Of a stretch of 64,000 bases of DNA, positions 63,363-64,000 are shown one piece after another (within the stretch, counting starts at the first letter, position 1; each line of letters starts with the position of its first letter). Position numbers and translations under genes: made by a program. A model generated the notes under the pieces. That model made no database searches. It was not told where the DNA came from and saw only the letters and a list, made by a program, of their open reading frames with translations. The stretch covers positions 163,494,001-163,558,000 of the forward strand of contig OZ024743.1 of the NCBI GenBank assembly GCA_964016885.1, in the 5' to 3' direction. The DNA is from Eledone cirrhosa. Lineage: Eukaryota.

Positions 63363-63669
63363 GCGTAAAGCAAACAATTATTATTATTATTATATAAAAA
63401 CTGAACTGGACTGGGAAAAGTCAACAGTTGACATGATTTTGATTTTGTATCAGTACTGCCGGTAATATATGTATATGTGTGTGAGTGGTGTGTGTGTTTG
63501 TATGCATGAATGAGTGTTGGTGTGTGAGTGGCCTGTGTGTTTATAGTTTGTATGCATGAGTGTTGGTGTGTGTGCGTGTGGTGTCAATAAGTTTTTTTTT
63601 TTTCTTTTTTTATGACCATGCTGTAAAATGGAGGGGTAGAGAGGGCTCTTGAATCTAGTAAGACATCCT

Positions 63670-64000
63670 CTCTAGTGCTGGTGGCACAAATAAAAGCACC
63701 CAGTCCATGCTGTAAAGTGGCGCTGGTGTTAGGAAGGGCATCCAACCAGTGTATCAATGCCAAAACGCTTATCAACACAGCAACAAATAGGAACAACAAC
63801 AAAATATGAAGACGTCGCATCTCAGAGTTGCAACACTTAATGTTGGCACTCTCAGAGGTAGTTCTGCTGAAATAGCGGAGATGCTAGAGAGAAGGCATGT
63901 GGATGTGTGCTGCGTGCAAGAGGTGAGATGGAGAGGTGCCTCTGCGAGACTAGTCGTAGGCTAACATCTTAGCTATAAGCTTTTCTGGGTAGGTAAGGAT
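63670..64000 (+). mobile_element. 5' end of an RTE LINE (endonuclease start at 63806)
   Basis: MKTSHLRVATLNVGTLRG...DVCCVQEVRWRG; stop near 63962; runs off the window. Confidence 0.85.

Overview
Eukaryotic, AT-rich, repeat-dense genomic DNA. The RTE-LINE, SINE and MITE repertoire and intron style suggest a coleoid cephalopod such as Octopus (inference). Two host genes lie head-to-head with ATGs 335 bp apart. On + are ten coding exons of GEMIN5 (WD40, 32573-54563; the gene continues past the window). On - is a 3-exon, 128-aa GPI-anchored Ly6/uPAR (quiver/sleepless-like) gene (32237-13834), assembled here by splice-phase matching. The rest is mostly transposons: many RTE-type LINEs with a PHD finger inside RT, two Ty3/gypsy-like elements, a non-coding LTR element, a Buster-type hAT pseudogene, SINEs, MITEs, Penelope-like ends carrying hammerhead ribozymes, and minisatellites. 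Most unusual signals: (1) a full-length LTR element whose primer-binding site matches the 5' 12 nt of tRNA-Phe instead of a tRNA 3' end; (2) a non-autonomous LTR element with a 32-nt tRNA-Trp copy mismatched exactly at the m1A58 position, followed by a second LTR-end/PBS; (3) intronic hammerhead ribozymes. All alignments were by eye and reference sequences are recalled from memory. Boundaries of degenerate repeats are approximate.
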